Virus record (IMG/VR): IMGVR_UViG_2802429318_000001
Coordinates: 12,530-76,529 of that record
Source of the DNA: a virus
Taxonomy: Duplodnaviria; Caudoviricetes
Strand: one strand, 5' to 3'
Length of the DNA stretch: 64,000 nucleotides
This document shows, one piece after another, positions 37,392-47,541 of the stretch (position 1 is its first letter; each line of letters begins with the position of its first letter). The notes under the pieces are model-generated. The model had not been told where the DNA came from, did no database searches, and worked only from the letters and a program-made list of their open reading frames with translations. The translations under genes were made by a program, and so were the position numbers.

Positions 37392-38953
37392 AGAGTTGGT
37401 GGCAGGGCCTGCGCGCCGAACCGGAAGTGCTGGAGCGGGCGCCCGCGCAGGGCAAGCTGCCGGAGCGCACCGGCTACGAGTTCGGGATCGGCCCGGGCGG
37501 CCTGACCGAGAGCAACCAGGGCCTCGGCGCGGGCACGCAGACGGACCGCCGGTCGACGCTCGACCAGCTCTACCAGGCGTACTTGGCCTGCCCGTGGGCC
37601 TGGGCGTCCGTGAACGCGATCGCCCGCACGATCACAGCGGGCGGCCTGGTCACGGACTGGGACAACGACGACGGCGAGGGCGACCAGGAGACGCCGGACA
37701 AGCCGGCCGAGGTGAAGCTCCTCGAAGGCATGCTGGCGTACTGCAACCCGCGGGAGAACATCCGGCAGATCCTCCGCTCGGTGGTCGTCGACCTGCTGGT
37801 GTTCGGCGACGCGTACATCGAGGTCGTGTGGATCGGCTCCCAGCCGGTCGCGCTGTACTCGCTGGACTGCCCGAGCATGATGCCGATCGCCGACGAGCAC
37901 GGCAACGTCACCTCGTACGTGCAGGTGACGGAGATGGGGCAGCGCGCCACGTTCGAGCCGCGCGAGGTCATCCACATCTCGCTGGACTCGCCTCGCAGTT
38001 CGGTGTTCGGTGTGTCGCCGACGCAGGCCGCGTTGCTGCCGATCACGGGGTGGCTGTTCGCTGCGGCGACGACGAAGGAGATCTTCCGGAAGGGCGCTCC
38101 TCCACAGCTGTGGATCGACCACGCGTCGAGCACGTCGGCGGCGGAGATCAACCGGTGGAACGCCCAGTACCAGGCACGGAACGTCGGCCCGAGGAACATC
38201 GGCAACCCGATCAACACCAAGGGCGGCGCCAAGGTCGAAGAACTGGCGCAGTCCCGGACGATGGACTACCTCAAGTACCTGGAGCAGAAGCGGGACGAGA
38301 TCATCGCCTCGTACGGTGTGCCTCCGGCGAAGGTCGGGATCATCGAGTCCGGGAACCTGGGTGGCGGTACGGGGGAGTCCCAGGACCGCACCTTCATGAT
38401 CAACACTTGTCAGCCCATCGCCGAACTCGTCCTCGAAGCCCTCAACTTCGCCCTGGCCAAGGCCGGATTCGGAGTGACCGGCTGGCGCCTGAAATTCCGC
38501 GACATCGACATGCGGGACAGCAAGACCGTCGAGGAAATCCGCGACCAGCGACTCCGCAACGGAGCCTGGACCCTCAACCGGTACAGGGCCGACATCGGCG
38601 AACCCGCCGTGGACGGCGGCGACCAGCCGATCCTCATTGACCACGAGAACCTCGTCAGCTGGGCCGACATGGACGCGGCGTCCAAGGCGTCGATCGCCTC
38701 CAAGCTGAAGGGCACCGCACTGGATCCGGCCGAGCCGGTCCAGGGCGAGCCGATCGGCGTGGAGAAGCCGGAACCGGCCCCCACGCCGCCGCAGTTGGTG
38801 CCGTTCGCGGGCGGCGCGCCGCCGGAATCGGACGACGACAGCGCCCCGGACGACGACCTGCCCGAGGAATCGGCCCGGGACGTGTACCGGCGTCGGCTCC
38901 GCGAGGCGCTGGCCGCGCTCCCTGGAGGGATCGATGAGCGAGCAGCCGCCTGA
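37382..38953 (+). CDS. portal protein
   Basis: DLLVFGDAYIEV, EVIHI, FGVSP, IIASYGVPP, WTLNRYR. Confidence 0.93.
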   Translation: MGLKSWWQGLRAEPEVLERAPAQGKLPERTGYEFGIGPGGLTESNQGLGAGTQTDRRSTLDQLYQAYLACPWAWASVNAIARTITAGGLVTDWDNDDGEGDQETPDKPAEVKLLEGMLAYCNPRENIRQILRSVVVDLLVFGDAYIEVVWIGSQPVALYSLDCPSMMPIADEHGNVTSYVQVTEMGQRATFEPREVIHISLDSPRSSVFGVSPTQAALLPITGWLFAAATTKEIFRKGAPPQLWIDHASSTSAAEINRWNAQYQARNVGPRNIGNPINTKGGAKVEELAQSRTMDYLKYLEQKRDEIIASYGVPPAKVGIIESGNLGGGTGESQDRTFMINTCQPIAELVLEALNFALAKAGFGVTGWRLKFRDIDMRDSKTVEEIRDQRLRNGAWTLNRYRADIGEPAVDGGDQPILIDHENLVSWADMDAASKASIASKLKGTALDPAEPVQGEPIGVEKPEPAPTPPQLVPFAGGAPPESDDDSAPDDDLPEESARDVYRRRLREALAALPGGIDERAAA

Positions 38954-39043
38954 CCCGCCGCCGCAGCCCGTCCAGCCCCCGGATCCGCCCGGGCATCCGC
39001 TCCGGGCGAAGGACGTGACCGCGCTGATCAAGAAGAGGGTCGG

Positions 39044-39244
39044 ATGATCGACATCCAGGATCTGAAGAAGATCGAGATCCAGCCGGGCGACGCCTTCGTC
39101 GTCCAGTCCGACCAGGGCATTACTGCGGCCGAGGCGCAGCGCCTGAAGGACGCCTGGGCCAAGTTCTTCGGTGACGTCCCGCTCTTCATCCTCTCCCAAG
39201 CCAAGCTGGTCCAGCTCAGACCCGTCAGCACCACGGACGGCTGA
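39044..39244 (+). CDS. hypothetical protein
   Basis: IEIQPGDAFVV; located in head operon. Confidence 0.6.
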   Translation: MIDIQDLKKIEIQPGDAFVVQSDQGITAAEAQRLKDAWAKFFGDVPLFILSQAKLVQLRPVSTTDG

Positions 39245-39260
39245 CCCGCAGGGGGTGACC

Positions 39261-40709
39261 GTGGCGTCTCCGGACTACTCCGACGGCTGCATGATCGCCC
39301 TCTACCCCCCACCCGAACTCGCGCAGGCGCTCGCAGTCGACGACGGTCTCCCGGCAGAGGAAATGCACGTCACTGTCGCCTACCTCGGTGACGCCGCCGA
39401 CGTCGACGGTGACGCGCTCCGCGAGATCGTCGCAGCTCTCGCCGAGCGCCAGCCGTTCACAGCCCAGCTCGCCGGACACGCCCGGTTCACGGGCGGCGAC
39501 AAGGACGTCATCGTCGCCCTCGTCGACTCGCCTGACCTCGAAGACCTCCGCCGAGACACTCTCGACGCCCTCCAGGAACGCGGAATCCAACCACCGCGCG
39601 ACCACGGGTTCACAGCCCACCTCACGATCACCTATCTCGACCCCGACGACGAGGCCCCCCTCGACCGACTCGGCGCGCAGCAGGTCGAGTTCACGGCCAT
39701 TGCCGCCGTCCACGGCACCGACCGCACAGACCACACGCTGGAGCATCCGATCACCGGGCCCGCGCGCGAAGCCTTCGCCGCCGGCTGGGCACTGTCCGGC
39801 GGCCCGATGACCGAGCGGGTGAAGGCAGCCAGCACCGCCGCCGTCCAGACCGCGATCGAGCGCGCGAACGACCCGCACATCCTCGAAGTCACCATCGACC
39901 TCGGCCGCCTGGAAGGCATGTGGGCCAAGCTGTTCGGCCGCCGCGAGGAGAAACAGGCCGAGCACACCAGGCTCGTCACCGACGCCTGGCGGGACCTCAT
40001 CAACCGCGACGCCGTGACGGTCATGGTCGACCGGTTCCGCAGCCAGGCCAACCTCACCGAAGGCGTCCGGGACTTCCTCAGCGACGCGCTCGCCGCCGCC
40101 CGCAGCATGCTTGGCGCGCTCGCCGACCTCACCGGCTGGACCAAGGTGCGCCAGACGATCCGCGACGCCATCGCCGCCGGGAACGCCGAGGGCATGGTCA
40201 ACGCGGTGGCCATCGCCGCCGAACGTGCAGCCCTCCTCGGCCTGGACTGGAACCTCGCCTTCAGCGACGCCTACGAATCCCTCGCCCGCCTCGACGAACT
40301 GTGGGGCAACGCGGACGGCTGGCTCGGCCGGACAGTCGACCGCGCGGCCGACGACCTCGGCAAGGCCCTCTCCCAGGCGGCAGAGGACGGAGCCTCCCGC
40401 GACGAGATGATCGACGCCGCCATGGACATCCTCGCCTCCGAGGACGTCGACGCGGTCGCCTTCGTCGTCGACTGGGCGATGACCGCCGCCGCCGACGACG
40501 GCGCGCTGCGCCTCTACCGCTCCGAGGGCGTTCAGCAGATCGACGTCATCACCGCAGGCGACGGCCGCGTCTGCGAGAGCTGCATCGACTACGAGGCCGG
40601 AAGCCCCTGGCCGACGCTCGACGTGCCCCGACTGCCCACCCATCCCGTCTGCCGCTGCTGCTACGCCGCGGCCATGTCCCTGTCGAATTTCGCGAGCTGG
40701 TTCGCATGA
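39261..40709 (+). CDS. 2H phosphoesterase fused to MuF/gp7 head morphogenesis domain
   Basis: MHVTVAYLG and AHLTITY (2x HxT); C-terminal TAGDGRVCESC...PTHPVCRC. Confidence 0.85.
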   Translation: MASPDYSDGCMIALYPPPELAQALAVDDGLPAEEMHVTVAYLGDAADVDGDALREIVAALAERQPFTAQLAGHARFTGGDKDVIVALVDSPDLEDLRRDTLDALQERGIQPPRDHGFTAHLTITYLDPDDEAPLDRLGAQQVEFTAIAAVHGTDRTDHTLEHPITGPAREAFAAGWALSGGPMTERVKAASTAAVQTAIERANDPHILEVTIDLGRLEGMWAKLFGRREEKQAEHTRLVTDAWRDLINRDAVTVMVDRFRSQANLTEGVRDFLSDALAAARSMLGALADLTGWTKVRQTIRDAIAAGNAEGMVNAVAIAAERAALLGLDWNLAFSDAYESLARLDELWGNADGWLGRTVDRAADDLGKALSQAAEDGASRDEMIDAAMDILASEDVDAVAFVVDWAMTAAADDGALRLYRSEGVQQIDVITAGDGRVCESCIDYEAGSPWPTLDVPRLPTHPVCRCCYAAAMSLSNFASWFA

Positions 40710-40719
40710 GGAGGCTGCC

Positions 40720-41121
40720 GTGAGCGGCGCGCACTACCCTTCCGCCCGCACGCTGTGGACCCTCGCGGGCAACGGCGTGAGTACCACGCTGAGCGGCGCC
40801 GGATCGGCGAACAGCGGCTCCATCAACATCACCGACGTCGCGGACCTGTGGCTCGCCGTCTACGTCGCAGGGACCTCGACGGGCACCACCCCCACCCTCG
40901 ACGTTCAGATCGACGTCCAGGACCCAGCCGGGAACTGGTTCGCCCAGGTCGCCAAGACCGTGCAGCTCACGAGCAGCCCGAACTTCACCAACACGTCCTG
41001 CGGCCTGCACATCGGCGGCCTCGGCTCGATGGTGCTGCCGAACATCTGCCGCGTCGTGTGGACGGTCGGCGGCACCAACCCGGTCTTCCCGCAGGCCGCG
41101 ATCTCGCTGATCGGGAGGTGA
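40720..41121 (+). CDS. beta-rich virion protein
   Basis: GTTPTLDVQID...RVVWTVGGTNP.F. Confidence 0.65.
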   Translation: MSGAHYPSARTLWTLAGNGVSTTLSGAGSANSGSINITDVADLWLAVYVAGTSTGTTPTLDVQIDVQDPAGNWFAQVAKTVQLTSSPNFTNTSCGLHIGGLGSMVLPNICRVVWTVGGTNPVFPQAAISLIGR

Positions 41122-41123
41122 CC

Positions 41124-42872
41124 ATGGCTGCTCGCATCGGCACGATCTCCGGCATCGCCCTCGTCCCCGGCGTCTCCCGCAACGGGCGCCTCTACTCCGC
41201 CGAGAGCATCGGCCGGGCCTGCACCCGGGCCACTGCGCGCATCGACGAGAGCGGCGCACCGCTGACGATGCTCACCCACCACGCGGCCGACGACGACTCC
41301 ACCCAGATCGTCGGCCGGCTGACCTCGCTCGTGCAGCTCGACGACGGGCGCGCCCGCTACACGGCCGACCTCGCCGACACCGAAGAGGCGCGCACGATCG
41401 CCAACCTCGTGGACGACACCGACGGGCCGCCCTACCTCGACGGTGTTTCGATCCGCGGCGCCTGGGTCGGCAAGGTACGGCGGCAACCGGGCCCGGACGG
41501 GGTGCAGGTGGAGACGGCCGACGACCTGGAGATCGACGGTCTCGACTTCACTCGGAAGCCCGGCGTGATCGGCGCGCGGGTCGAAGGCTTCACCCGCGAG
41601 GGCACCAGCGCCCCGGCGGAGAACGCGCCCGAGGGACGGGTGCTCATCACCGAGTCAGTACAGGAGGCGCTGGTGCAGACCACCATCGACGAGGCCGACG
41701 CTGGGACGGGCGACGCGCCGCCGTCCGGCGACGGGCCGTACGCCGATCCCGGCTACCAGTCGGACAAGAAGAAGCGGTACGACCTCTCGACCAAGGCAAA
41801 GGCCAAGGCCGCTTGGTCGTACATCGGCCAGGCGGACAACGCCCGCCTCTACTCGTCCGCCCAGCTCAAGCGCATCAAGCAGCGCATCACCAAGGCACTC
41901 AAGGCCTTCGGCGTCACGGTCGCCACGCAGGAGGGCTGGCTGATCGAGCCCGCCTCCGCGGTGAGCGAGACGCTCGCCGAGTGCTGGGGCATGGACTCCA
42001 AGGACGCCGGCAACCTGTACGTCAGCCTCACCAACGGGCCGACGACGGTCACCGTCTCCTCGTACTCGCTCGACCCCCACGATCTGGACGCCGTCGGCCG
42101 TGCAGCCATGGCGGGCGCCGTGCAGGCCATCATCGCCATCGACCCTGACCTCGACGCCGACGTGGACGTCCCCGGGCAGCCCGGCGACGACACCCCGGCG
42201 GCGAGCGCGGCCGGCGCGGTGTGCCCGTGCGGCTGCGGATGCGCGGTCCCGGACACCCCCGGCGGCTGCCCGTGCAAGTGCGCCGCCGGTGACTGCCAGC
42301 ACTGCATGGGCGAAGACGACGGCGACGCGACGGAGTCCGCCCCCACACAGACCTCGGCGCCGGAGACACCGGCCGCCGACAACCCCACCCGAGAAGAAGA
42401 GGAGGGGCCCGCCATGGCGGAGTCCACCACCCAGGCGGCCGAGACCGCTGCCGTCCCCGCCGCTGGTGGGGTCCACCTGTCCGACGCGCAGTTCGCGCAG
42501 CTCCTCGACCGCATCGCACCGCCTCCGGTGGCGCCCGCGGCTGCGACAGAGTCCGCGCCGGCCGAGCAGGTCGCCGAGACTCAGGTCGCGGCCACCGAGG
42601 TCACTGAGACCGAGGACCAGCGCATCGCTCGCCTGGTCGCAGAGGGCGTCGCCGCAGCGCTGCCTAAGGCGATCCAGGAGCACGTCGCCACCACCGGCGG
42701 CCCGGCCCGCAAGGGCCTCGTCCCGCAGGTCTCCGAGACCGCCGGGGGCGCGGCCGACGCGCAGACCCTGCCCGAGGGCGCGCCCGACAAGCCGCTCCAC
42801 GAGTACACGCCGGAGGAGTGGAGCAAGCACATCGCCCCCGTGACCACCGGCGCGATCTTCCAGGGCCGCTGA
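41124..42872 (+). CDS. prohead protease/scaffold with DUF6582-like insert
   Basis: PGVSRNGRLYS, LTHH, GVSIRG, GLDFTRKPG; YADPGYQ.D.KKRY...AAWSYI; acidic C-terminus. Confidence 0.8.
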   Translation: MAARIGTISGIALVPGVSRNGRLYSAESIGRACTRATARIDESGAPLTMLTHHAADDDSTQIVGRLTSLVQLDDGRARYTADLADTEEARTIANLVDDTDGPPYLDGVSIRGAWVGKVRRQPGPDGVQVETADDLEIDGLDFTRKPGVIGARVEGFTREGTSAPAENAPEGRVLITESVQEALVQTTIDEADAGTGDAPPSGDGPYADPGYQSDKKKRYDLSTKAKAKAAWSYIGQADNARLYSSAQLKRIKQRITKALKAFGVTVATQEGWLIEPASAVSETLAECWGMDSKDAGNLYVSLTNGPTTVTVSSYSLDPHDLDAVGRAAMAGAVQAIIAIDPDLDADVDVPGQPGDDTPAASAAGAVCPCGCGCAVPDTPGGCPCKCAAGDCQHCMGEDDGDATESAPTQTSAPETPAADNPTREEEEGPAMAESTTQAAETAAVPAAGGVHLSDAQFAQLLDRIAPPPVAPAAATESAPAEQVAETQVAATEVTETEDQRIARLVAEGVAAALPKAIQEHVATTGGPARKGLVPQVSETAGGAADAQTLPEGAPDKPLHEYTPEEWSKHIAPVTTGAIFQGR

Positions 42873-43019
42873 CCTCCGACGCCCCAGGCGTCCCCTGAAC
42901 CACCCTGACCGCCAGCAGTCTGCTGGTGCCGACACGGCAGTGATGGTCGCCCAGCCCCGCCGCACCCCCTTCGTGCGCGGGGCTTCGCCATGTCCCCACC
43001 AGCCCAAAGAGGCATCAGC

Positions 43020-44390
43020 ATGAGCACAAACGAACTCCGCGAGGCGCTGACCGCCTCCGGCGCATCCCCGCTTGTCCCCACGATCGTCGACCCGATGCTG
43101 CTGGAGTACCAGCGGCGCTACTCCCCGCTGGTCCGGTCGATCCCGACCACCAAGTGGGACTCGACGGTCTACTACTTCAACCAGCGGACCGCCCGCGCGG
43201 CCGGCGGGTTCGTCACGGACGGCGGCGCCCGCCCGGTCTCCAACTCCACGTACGTGCAGAACTCGTACACCATCCGCAACATGCAGGCCGTGGGCGCCGT
43301 CACCGGCTACGCCCAGGCCGTCACCAAGGGCCTCATCGGCGACCTGAAGCAGCAGGAAGTCGAAGGCGCCATCCAGGGCCTGTACTGGGACATCGAGACC
43401 GCCATCCTCTGGGGCAACCAGGGATCCACCTCGCTCGGCGCCTACCCGCAGTTCGACGGCCTCGACACCCTCGCGTCCACGTTCTCCGGCAACAGCCAGA
43501 ACGCGATCGACATCAACGCCGCGATGTCGCTGGGCACCCTGGACCGCCTCATCGACATGGTCGAGCAGCAGTCCGCGATGGGCGTCTACGACTCCCAGTG
43601 GATGCTCGTCATGAGCTCCACCGCAGCCTCCAAGGTGTCCCAGCTGCTTCAGGCTCAGCAGCGCTTCCAGGGACAGATCCAGGTCGCGGCCGGCCTGAAC
43701 GTGCCGTCCTACCGGGACATCCCGATCATCAAGACGTCGTTCCTGTCCGCCCGGTCCTACGGCATGGGCACCGTCACCACGGGAACCGCCACCACCGGCG
43801 GCACCCTCGCCGCGGCCACGTACTACTACCAGATCGTCCCGGTCATCGCCCGCCAGGGCGAGATCCTCCCCTCCACCGAGGTCTCCCAGGCCACCACCGG
43901 CAGCACCAGCACGGTCACGCTGTCGTTCTCGACGCCGACCGGCCTCGACGGCTCCCAGCCCAACCTCTACAAGGTCTACCGCAGCACCAGCACGGGTGCG
44001 GAGACCCTCCTCGGCTACGTCGACGCCTGCGTCGGCCTCGCCGCCGACGGCGTCACCCCGGTGCTCACCACGAGCATCGTCGACGACGGCACCAAGCTCA
44101 CCCCGAAGAACGGCTCCACCGTCCCCGCCCAGGGTCCGGCCGCCTACGTCGGTACCAACTCGTCGGCGAAGCCGTCCGCCACGGGCCAGGAGTCCATCTA
44201 CCTGATGGCCCGCGACAAGAACTTCGTCACCCGCCCCTACGTGCGCGAGCTGTCCCCGCTGGACGTCTACCCGACCACGTCGGGCCCCGACCAGCTGCCG
44301 TTCGCGATCGCCTCGGACACCTGCCTCGCCGTCCGGGCCCCGAAGTTCCTGGGCCGCGCGGCCCGCGTCACCACCACCCTGTCCAGCTGA
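43020..44390 (+). CDS. major capsid protein with FN3-like insertion
   Basis: Follows protease; DIETAILWGN...QFDGL; insert TLAAATYYY...YKVYRST. Confidence 0.85.
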   Translation: MSTNELREALTASGASPLVPTIVDPMLLEYQRRYSPLVRSIPTTKWDSTVYYFNQRTARAAGGFVTDGGARPVSNSTYVQNSYTIRNMQAVGAVTGYAQAVTKGLIGDLKQQEVEGAIQGLYWDIETAILWGNQGSTSLGAYPQFDGLDTLASTFSGNSQNAIDINAAMSLGTLDRLIDMVEQQSAMGVYDSQWMLVMSSTAASKVSQLLQAQQRFQGQIQVAAGLNVPSYRDIPIIKTSFLSARSYGMGTVTTGTATTGGTLAAATYYYQIVPVIARQGEILPSTEVSQATTGSTSTVTLSFSTPTGLDGSQPNLYKVYRSTSTGAETLLGYVDACVGLAADGVTPVLTTSIVDDGTKLTPKNGSTVPAQGPAAYVGTNSSAKPSATGQESIYLMARDKNFVTRPYVRELSPLDVYPTTSGPDQLPFAIASDTCLAVRAPKFLGRAARVTTTLSS

Positions 44391-44456
44391 CCCCTGTGCG
44401 GCGCGCCACCCCGTCCGGGTGGCGCGCCCGCACCCCTACCGTGAGGAGTGCAGAGC

Positions 44457-44768
44457 ATGGCTCTCATTCGAAAGGCCGCGGCCGGCTCCGACTCGTACGG
44501 CCACGCCTGGCCTGAGGACGGCGCCGTCATCGAGATCGACGACCCCGAGCAGATCGCCTCCCTGATGGCGATCCCCGACGGCGGCTTCAGCGAGGTCACC
44601 CCGGCCGACAGCGAGGACGACGACCCGCCGCAGGTGCCCGAGGACGACCCGGACCCCAAGAAGGAGCTCTCCGAGGTCGACCCGAACGCGCCCGCCGACG
44701 AGCCCGTCTCCAAGCCGCCGGCGAAGAAGGCCGCAGCCCGCAAGCCCGCCGCGTCGGTCCAGGAGTAG
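44457..44768 (+). CDS. small acidic head-associated protein
   Basis: Directly after capsid gene; GAGGAG RBS. Confidence 0.65.
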   Translation: MALIRKAAAGSDSYGHAWPEDGAVIEIDDPEQIASLMAIPDGGFSEVTPADSEDDDPPQVPEDDPDPKKELSEVDPNAPADEPVSKPPAKKAAARKPAASVQE

Positions 44769-44771
44769 CCC

Positions 44772-45440
44772 GTGGCCGCGGACTCACCCATCCCGCTCGC
44801 CACCAGTGCGGACATGCAGGGCGGGCAGTTCGCGGACCTCGTGCGCGACTACGCCGCCCCGGAACTCGACCAGCTCATGGTCGAATCCACCCGCGTCTGC
44901 GAGGGCATCGCCGGCCGCCGCCTGGCGCCGTTCACCGGCGTCCCGGAGACGCACCGGGCGACGGGCATCGACCCGGACGAGTACACCGACGCCGCGAGCA
45001 TGCCGCTCGACCTCCAGGGCACACTGGGCCGTTCCTACTCGGATGCCCTCGGCCCCGGGGACCAGGTGCGGCACTGCTGGCTCAACGAATTCGCCCCTCG
45101 CTACCCGGAGATGTGGACGTACGCCAACCTCCAGGTGACGATCCTCCGCTCCTACGGCGGGACATCGGACCTGGCCCCGGCGAGCATCCTCGGCGCCGAG
45201 CCCGACAGCGGGCACATCTGGTTCACGCTCGGTACGTTCCTGCCGCTCGGCTCCTTGATCCGCCTGACCTACGACGGCGGCTACACCACCACACCGGCTG
45301 ACCTGGGCCGTGCCTGCAAGCTGCAGGCAGCAGTCCTCGTGCTCGCTGAAATCGACCCCGGCGGCAACCAGTTCGGCCACGACCCGGGAGCCCTGTCCGC
45401 CCAGGCCGAGAAGATCCTCTGCCGCTACCAGCCGAGCTGA
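44772..45440 (+). CDS. head-tail adaptor
   Basis: Position; IRLTYDGGY...PADLGRAC...ILCRY. Confidence 0.75.
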   Translation: MAADSPIPLATSADMQGGQFADLVRDYAAPELDQLMVESTRVCEGIAGRRLAPFTGVPETHRATGIDPDEYTDAASMPLDLQGTLGRSYSDALGPGDQVRHCWLNEFAPRYPEMWTYANLQVTILRSYGGTSDLAPASILGAEPDSGHIWFTLGTFLPLGSLIRLTYDGGYTTTPADLGRACKLQAAVLVLAEIDPGGNQFGHDPGALSAQAEKILCRYQPS

Positions 45441-45452
45441 CGGGAGGTCGCG

Positions 45453-45944
45453 GTGAGCTCAGCGGACGCAGTGTCTCGCGAGACGGCCTGGCTGCAGGCC
45501 TACGACGTGAACGACGGACTGCCCGGCCTGCTCAAGACCAACGGCGGCCCGTTCGACGTGGTGCAGGCATACGTGCCGAGGACCGGCGCGCAGCGGCAGT
45601 CGCGGCTGTACGTCACGCGGCCCAACCTGCGGGTGGAGTCCTTCGGCTTCAACCGCAAGATCGACCACCACATGTTCCTGCTCCGCCTGTACTGGCCGCA
45701 GTCCTCCTCGTCGGGCCAAGCCGAGTCCGTGCAGCAGGACTTCGACGACGCAGTCGCCCTGGTCGTGCAGCGCATCTCCGGTCTCTTCGGCGACAAGACC
45801 CACGGCGCGAGATTCCTCAGCGTCGCCGAAGACCCCAGCTCGATCGACGTGCAGTTCGCCGACCCGGAACAGTCCATGCAGGCCCGCTCCGAACTCACGG
45901 CGACCATCACCTACCGCGCGGACGACAAGGACTACACCTCCTGA
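45453..45944 (+). CDS. tail terminator-like protein
   Basis: Position and size. Confidence 0.55.
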   Translation: MSSADAVSRETAWLQAYDVNDGLPGLLKTNGGPFDVVQAYVPRTGAQRQSRLYVTRPNLRVESFGFNRKIDHHMFLLRLYWPQSSSSGQAESVQQDFDDAVALVVQRISGLFGDKTHGARFLSVAEDPSSIDVQFADPEQSMQARSELTATITYRADDKDYTS

Positions 45945-46024
45945 CCCGCCGCCCTTGCGCTTCCCCTTCTCCGGCCCCGGCAGCGGGGCCTTTCTCATTC
46001 CCCGCCCCGCCGCAGGAGTTCACC

Positions 46025-46285
46025 GTGCCCCAGGAATCCACCGCACCGCCGCCCGTCCGGCAGCGCAACACCACCCCCTACCCCTACAGCGTCGCCGAGA
46101 CCGAGGCCCACCCGGCCTACGCCGTACTGCCGGGCGACGTCGCCGAGTTCCCCGCACTCCTCGACGGCTGGACCGCCGTCGGTGACGAGCCCGAGCCGGC
46201 CGCCGACGACGCCGCGGCCAAGCCCCCCAGGAAGCGCGCCGCCGCGGCGGACACCGACACGAAGGACGGAGGTGACCCGCGGTGA
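46025..46285 (+). CDS. hypothetical protein
   Basis: AGGAG RBS; coupled to major tail gene. Confidence 0.6.
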   Translation: MPQESTAPPPVRQRNTTPYPYSVAETEAHPAYAVLPGDVAEFPALLDGWTAVGDEPEPAADDAAAKPPRKRAAAADTDTKDGGDPR

Positions 46286-47445
46286 CGCTGCTGTCCCGGC
46301 TCGGATACGTGGGCCTCGCCAAGGAGGTCACCCAGGGCACCTGGGTGACGCCCTCGTACTACCTGGCCTGCACGAAGATGGACTTCGAGGTCTCCTACGA
46401 CCAGCTGCGCGACGAGTCCTACCGCAACAACGACTCGAACCTCCAGGGCCTCTACCAGGGCGCTGGCGACAGCTCGGTGGACCTGGAGTTCAACGGCTAC
46501 CCGGACGCGCTGGGCTACGCACTGCGGATCATCGGCCCGGACACCGTCTCCGCAGGTGTGTCGACCACGCTCTCTTCGTCGACCACGGCGGGCGCGACGT
46601 CGATCAGCGTGGCGGCCACGATCCCCGCAGGCTCCACGATCATGATCGATACCGGGTCCAAGGTCGAGTTCGCGACCACGGGCACCCCCACCGGTTCGGG
46701 CCCGTACACGATCCCGATCAGCGCCCCCGCGACCGGCCTCACCTACGCCCACAACTCCGCTGTCGCCGTCGTGTCGCAGACCACGCACACCTTCAAGCAG
46801 AGCGCGACCGCAGCGAAGCCGACGTACTCGCTGACCCAGTCGAACGTGCTCGAGGCGTGGGGCTACCCCGGGCAGATGCTGTCCGACGTACAGCTCAAGG
46901 TCGACCCGAAGGGCATCGTCACCTGCGGCGCCAAGTACATCGGCTGGATCCCCGCCATCCAGGCGGGCCCGTTCACCCCGGCGTTCGCGCAGCCGGCGCC
47001 GCTGCTGGGATGGCAGTTCGCCATGACCAACGCTGGCGCCTCGTCGACCCGTGGCCTGTCCTACGACATCACGCTGAAGCGGCCGGTCGAGGCGATCCAC
47101 GCGTCGAACGGGACCCAGCAGCCGCGCGAGGTGTTCTCCGGCGTCCTCGACGCGGACATCACCTACAAGGCGATCTACGAGAACGACACCGACTACAACC
47201 TGTACCTGCAGGCCCTGCAGAACAACCCGACGTCGATGTCCCTCGTGCAGCCCGTCGGCGCCGGCGTCGACGCGGCCGGATCCGCGCTCTCCATCACCAC
47301 GACCCAGGGCGGCTGGTCCAAGGGCAAGCCCGAGGTCGGCGGCACCTACGTCACCGCCGACTTCAGCATCTCCGGCATCTACAACGCCACCGACAGCGGC
47401 AGCGTCCAGGCCGTCCTGAAGAACTTCGTCAGCACCGCGTACTGA
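46282..47445 (+). CDS. major tail tube protein
   Basis: YVGLAKEVTQGTWVTP, THTFKQ; precedes chaperone and tape measure. Confidence 0.85.
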   Translation: MTLLSRLGYVGLAKEVTQGTWVTPSYYLACTKMDFEVSYDQLRDESYRNNDSNLQGLYQGAGDSSVDLEFNGYPDALGYALRIIGPDTVSAGVSTTLSSSTTAGATSISVAATIPAGSTIMIDTGSKVEFATTGTPTGSGPYTIPISAPATGLTYAHNSAVAVVSQTTHTFKQSATAAKPTYSLTQSNVLEAWGYPGQMLSDVQLKVDPKGIVTCGAKYIGWIPAIQAGPFTPAFAQPAPLLGWQFAMTNAGASSTRGLSYDITLKRPVEAIHASNGTQQPREVFSGVLDADITYKAIYENDTDYNLYLQALQNNPTSMSLVQPVGAGVDAAGSALSITTTQGGWSKGKPEVGGTYVTADFSISGIYNATDSGSVQAVLKNFVSTAY

Positions 47446-47541
47446 CGACTCATCTCCCCGGCCGTGCCCGTGCGTGAGGGCGTCACGCGCGCGGCCGGGG
47501 TCTCACGCCCTCAACGCCCTTATCGCGCAAGGAGAACCCTC

